DNA from: Prasinococcaceae sp. CCMP 1430
Lineage: Eukaryota; Plantae; Prasinodermophyta
Assembly: GCA_013416795.1 (NCBI GenBank)
Contig: RQSC01000917.1
Span: 12,574 to 49,122, forward strand
Length of the DNA: 36,549 nucleotides
Reading direction: 5' to 3'
Shown here: positions 29,801-36,549 of the stretch, one piece after another
How the letters are laid out: each line of letters begins with the position of its first letter
How positions within the stretch are numbered: position 1 is the stretch's first letter
The notes under the pieces: model-generated
Seen by the model: the letters and a program-made list of their open reading frames with translations, nothing else
What the model was told of the DNA's origin: nothing
The model's database searches: none
Made by a program: the position numbers and the translations under genes

Positions 29801-31847
29801 TAGCGCGACCGTGTCCACGGCGCCGTCCAGCTCGGGCAGCGCGTACAGCACGACGCTCTGCAGGCCCGCCACGCCCGAGCGCGTCCAGCTCCACACGTCC
29901 TGCACGAGCAGCGGCGCCGCCACGACGTACGGCACGTTCTTCGCCGCCAGGATGGAGCCGGCGATCTCCGCCTGCCGCGCGCCCTCCATGGAGCCCGCGG
30001 GCCCGCCCACCAGCGGGAAGCCGATGGTGGACACGATGGCGTCCACCTCGACGCACTCGCCCTCCTTGAGGCTGTCGATCAGCTTGACGCCCGCCGCGCG
30101 CGCCTCGGCCTCGTGCGGCGTGGTGAGCAGGTCGCGCACCACCGTGTGCGCCTCCACGCCGTTGATGAAGATGGGCAGCGGCCTGAGGCCCTTGCGCTCC
30201 AGGCCGAGCAGCAGCTGCCAGATGTACCCCTGCCGCGTGATGACGTGCTTGCGGTAGAGCAGCACCGCCACCGTGGGCGCGTCGGGCGCCAGCCCCCCGC
30301 TGGTCCCCTCCTCCTTCCCCAGCGCCGGCGCGTAGCTCTCCCTGTGCCACCGGAGGTACTCGCGCGCGCTGGTCATGGGCCTGCCCCCCGGCAGCGCGGG
30401 GTGCCACAGGCCGAGCGCGGGCGTCTCCTCCACCGCCTCGGGCGCCAGGCCCGTGTCGACGCCCAGCACCTCGTTGGCGAGGTAGACGAGCATCGACGCC
30501 ACGTTGCGCCCGCCGCCCTGGTTCCAGTAGGCGTACGCCGACAGCCAGTTGCGCAGGTCGCGCGCGCGCCTCCCCGGCACCCACCTGAGCAGCTTGGGCC
30601 CCACCTTGAGGAAGGAGAGGTACCCCGCGAGCTTGTCCTCCTCCTTGCCCGAGCCGAACTTGGAGAGCACGGCCTTGACGGCGGGCGGCGGCCCCGCCTT
30701 GGAGCCGTCGGCCTTGGGCTTCATCTCGAAGGTGCCCACGCGCGTGAGCGACATGAGCTCCAGGGCGGACTCGAACACGAGGCGCACGGGCACGTCGGCG
30801 ACGCGCTCCCTGAGCCACTCCACCTGGTCGTAGTCGAACACCAGCGAGGCGAACACGCAGTCGGCGCGCTTGAGCGCCGCCTCGATCTCTTCCCGGCTGT
30901 CGTCGAGGTCGCGGTCGGAGAACGCCAGCACCTCGAGCGCGTCGCCGCAGCGCGCCCGCAGCTCCTCGGCGACGCCCGCGTACAGGCCCTTGTTGAACGA
31001 CTCGAAGCCCGCCACGAGCACGATGGTGCACCGCGCGCGCCTGACGACCTCCTCGCCGCCGCCGTCGACCTCGGCGCCGCCGTCGGGCCCCTCCGCGGGC
31101 GCCCCCTCGACGTCCGTCTCGAGCGCCCGCACCGCCGCGGCGCGCTCGCGCAGCGCGGNNNNNNNNNNNNNNNNNNNNNNNNNNNNNNNNNNNNNNNNNN
31201 NNNNNNNNNNNNNNNNNNNNNNNNNNNNNNNNNNNNNNNNNNNNNNNNNNNNNNNNNNNNNNNNNNNNNNNNNNNNNNNNNNNNNNNNNNNNNNNNNNNN
31301 NNNNNNNNNNNNNNNNNNNNNNNNNNNNNNNNNNNNNNNNNNNNNNNNNNNNNNNNNNNNNNNNNNNNNNNNNNNNNNNNNNNNNNNNNNNNNNNNNNNN
31401 NNNNNNNNNNNNNNNNNNNNNNNNNNNNNNNNNNNNNNNNNNNNNNNNNNNNNNNNNNNNNNNNNNNNNNNNNNNNNNNNNNNNCGAGCGTGCTGGTCGC
31501 CGGCGGCGTGGGCGGCGCGGGCGTGTGGACGCGCGGCGGCGGCGCGGCCGACGACGGAGCGGTGGAGAGGTACGCCCTCGCGGCGCGCGGCGACAGCGCG
31601 AGCGAGAGTGCGCCAGTGTGCGCGTGTTGTCGGCTGCACACACACTCGCGGACTGACACACACGCGCACACGACACACATGCACACGCACACACGCACAC
31701 ACACACACGCGACGCACATGCACACGCACGCACGCATACACACACGACACACACACACACACGCTCACAAACAAATAAACACACACGCACACACACACAC
31801 ACACGCACGCGCACACACACACACACGCACACACGCACACACACACA

Positions 31848-31937
<90 letters not shown>

Positions 31938-32005
31938 CGCACAGCGCGCGCGCCCGCCACGCTCTCCTGGGACCGCCGGATCGCGCGCGCGGCGCCAGAG
32001 GCCAT
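26856..32005 (-). CDS. CHLH2: magnesium chelatase subunit H, CHLH2/BchH-like clade; confident exons 31158-28514 and 28346-26856; 5' part (tentative ATG 32005) spans a gap
   Basis: CobN/ChlH motifs [45 protein letters not shown] and WGGT...WVY. The N-terminus [15 protein letters not shown]...FSDRD...[12 protein letters not shown]...[11 protein letters not shown] matches the second (H2) type rather than the VVYVVLE-type CHLH1/GUN5. Phase-0 intron 28513-28347, TAG at 26858-26856. Confidence 0.9.
31159..31484. other. assembly gap (326 N)
   Basis: N run. Confidence 1.
31851..31941. repeat. (TG)n-GCACG-(CA)n fold-back element
   Basis: TG run, spacer GGCACG, CA run; CAG on both flanks. Confidence 0.7.
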
Positions 32006-32293
32006 AAGTGTGTGACAGACCCTGTTTTTAGTTGGATACCCAAATGACGCCAGAAACTCCACCCGCGCATGTGCGTGCGTTTTGCCCCGCGTGGGGGCCA
32101 GACCCCAAACCCTGGAGCGTATTGTACGTACAGTGTATGTACGGTACACACAGGTGCATGGCGGGACTCGCGGTAAGTGAATTTATATTCATATCATAGT
32201 TGGCCACGGGAGCGCATTCCGTCTCGGGGCGCTGGCACGGTGCCACGTCGCACGACCGCAGCGCGCGCGCCGCATAATTCCACGTCAAAACGC

Positions 32294-34726
<2,433 letters not shown>

Positions 34727-34864
34727 CGGGGGGCGGGCGCGCGCGCGCGCGTGTGCACATGCGCGCGTGCGTGCACACACGCGCGCGGCTGGTTGTACTG
34801 TATGTGACGCTTGGCGGCGAAGGACAGGAGTTTTGTTAAGCGAGCGACTGGTGGTTCTCACCTC

Positions 34865-34867
<3 letters not shown>

Positions 34868-34920
<53 letters not shown>

Positions 34921-34930
34921 CGCACACACA
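34868..34930. repeat. (TG)n-(CA)n fold-back element, intergenic
   Basis: TG run, ACG spacer, short CA run; CGAG on both flanks. Confidence 0.6.
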
Positions 34931-35036
34931 CGAGCGTTTCCGCGCGTGTGTGCGCACGTGTGCGTGTGTGTACGCGAGCATGTGTGCGTGTGTGCGTGTG
35001 CGTGCGTTGGTGCGTGGCAGCACCACCAGCAAAGTC

Positions 35037-35466
35037 TCAGCACGCAGGCGCCGGAGCGCCGCCGGCGGGCACCGCCTCGGCCTCGGCCTTGTCTGCCTCG
35101 GCCCTGTTCTCCTCGGCCTCGTCGGCGTCTGCCTCGGCCTTGAGGCGCTTGGCCTCGCGCAGCGCGCCGAGGTTCACCACGGACGGCACGGGCACGAAGC
35201 CCATCAGCCGCTCGGGGGCGAAGCCGTCGGCGAGCGCCACGCAGTCCACGCGGCGGAAGAAGAGCCCCTGCGAGAAGTGCAGCGCCGACAGCATGGCGCC
35301 GACGGGGAGGGCGTCGGGGTCGTACGCGCACCGCTCGTCGTAGCCGCTCACGAAGGTGTCGGTGTGGTGCTTGGCCTCCTCTGCGTATGTGTGAACGTTG
35401 ACGGGGCGGAGGTGTAAGCGCCGCGCACGTGGTGCGGCGCATCCAAACGTCAGCGCGCGCGCACAC

Positions 35467-35522
<56 letters not shown>

Positions 35523-36146
35523 CCGCACATAGGCACACGCGCGCGCGCACACGCGTGCGAGTGGCCGCACCTCTGTGCTTTGGCTGGTCTGGCTTGTGCG
35601 GCGCGGGGTGTCCTCGCCATCGCCCCGCGCTCTTGGTCTGCAGGAAGGAGGCGACGCCCTCGACGAGCGTCATGCACGGCAGCGCGCCCTCGGGCGAGGC
35701 CGCGGCGATCTCCTCGAGCAGCGCCACCACCTCGGCGTGGGCGCGCGCCGCCGCCTGCGGCGCGCCGAGGGGCATCACCACGTCCACGGACGACGCGTCC
35801 ACCTCGGTGTCGCGCGCGTGGGGGAAGAGGTGGTCCACCGCGGACGTGCCCGAGGCGCTCGCCCTGCTCCCCGCCGCGTTGGCGGCGGCCGCGGCCGCCT
35901 TGGCCATGGAGCCGAGCACCGTCGTGGCGACGGAGCACACCGCGCCGGCGTCGCACGTCGCCGTGGCGCCCATGCCGCGCAGCGACAGGTCCATGCAGCG
36001 GCGCGCGCCGTCCGCCTCGGCGGCGCACACCAGCCACACGTAGCCCACCGGGCCCTCCACCTCCCTCCCCGGCAGCGCGCGCCTGAGGTCGACGCTCAGC
36101 GCGCACAGCAGCGCGCGGCCGGCGAGCGCCGCGCCGGGCGCGCTGC

Positions 36147-36205
<59 letters not shown>

Positions 36206-36465
36206 TGTCAGTGGACGCGCATAGAGGCAAATGGCCGGGGATGCTGGCAGGCGCCCGCAGGCATATGCATGCTCGCACACACGCGCACACACACACACAC
36301 ACGCACGCGTGCACGCACACGCACACACGCACACGCAGGCGGGAGCGCGCGCTCCGTCCGCACCTGCGCCGAGCAGTAGCGCGCCGTGCGGCAGCGCGAG
36401 CACGCGTGGCGCGCGGGGGCGCCGCACGCGCGGCAGGGGGCGCGGAGGGCCTCGCTGAACGGCAT
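35037..36465 (-). CDS. MYND-type zinc-finger protein; exons 36465-36364, 36142-35571, 35380-35037; first junction out of phase
   Basis: [24 protein letters not shown] supplies the first five MYND Cys ligands. Downstream exons are GC3-rich and join through a phase-1 GT-AG intron (35570-35381). TGA at 35039-35037. Confidence 0.6.
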
Positions 36466-36482
36466 GGCGCCGTGCGACGCGG

Positions 36483-36485
<3 letters not shown>

Positions 36486-36540
<55 letters not shown>

Positions 36541-36549
36541 GTGTGTGTG
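36486..36549. repeat. (TG)n microsatellite
   Basis: Dinucleotide run to the window end. Confidence 0.97.

Noticed and set aside
25323-31934. Very long antisense or alternative-frame ORFs over CHLH2 (and likewise over UBLCP1, GapB and the sulfotransferase)
   Set aside because: These are expected shadows of GC3-rich genes, where stops are rare in other frames; they contain no recognisable motifs.

Overview
This is eukaryotic nuclear DNA from a draft assembly: GC-rich, gene-dense and spliced, with four N-gaps (17047-17446, 21088-21598, 25823-25956, 31159-31484), isolated single Ns and a 287-nt poly-T. A plastid GAPDH with a CP12-like tail (GapB), a CHLH2-type Mg-chelatase H subunit, and PsbQ-like, TL29-like and HBP5-like genes point to a green alga, probably an early-diverging (prasinophyte-grade) lineage; that placement is inference. 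The left ~13 kb holds UBLCP1 plus several predicted secreted or cell-surface genes: a Pro/Thr-stalk protein with bacterial-type PPC-like domains, a fasciclin, a sulfotransferase and a CAP/PR-1 protein. The right ~23 kb is rich in plastid-protein genes, interspersed with a tandem-bromodomain gene, a UBL-WLM protease and a MYND-finger gene. Most introns are alternating purine-pyrimidine tracts, often (CA)n or (TG)n, with a CTRAC branch point and no polypyrimidine tract. The best leads are a GapB with an apparent natural D32A/A187/S188 NADP-specificity signature, a head-to-head CHLH2-HBP5 tetrapyrrole pair, a mosaic secreted protein with a split somatomedin-B-like motif, a branch-point-scanning intron architecture, TG...CA fold-back elements flanked by short direct repeats, and two unexplained tandem repeats (51 bp and 147 bp). 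I found no rRNA, tRNA, CRISPR array or intact transposon. Family assignments come from motifs recognised by eye, not from database searches, and several 5' ends are unresolved.
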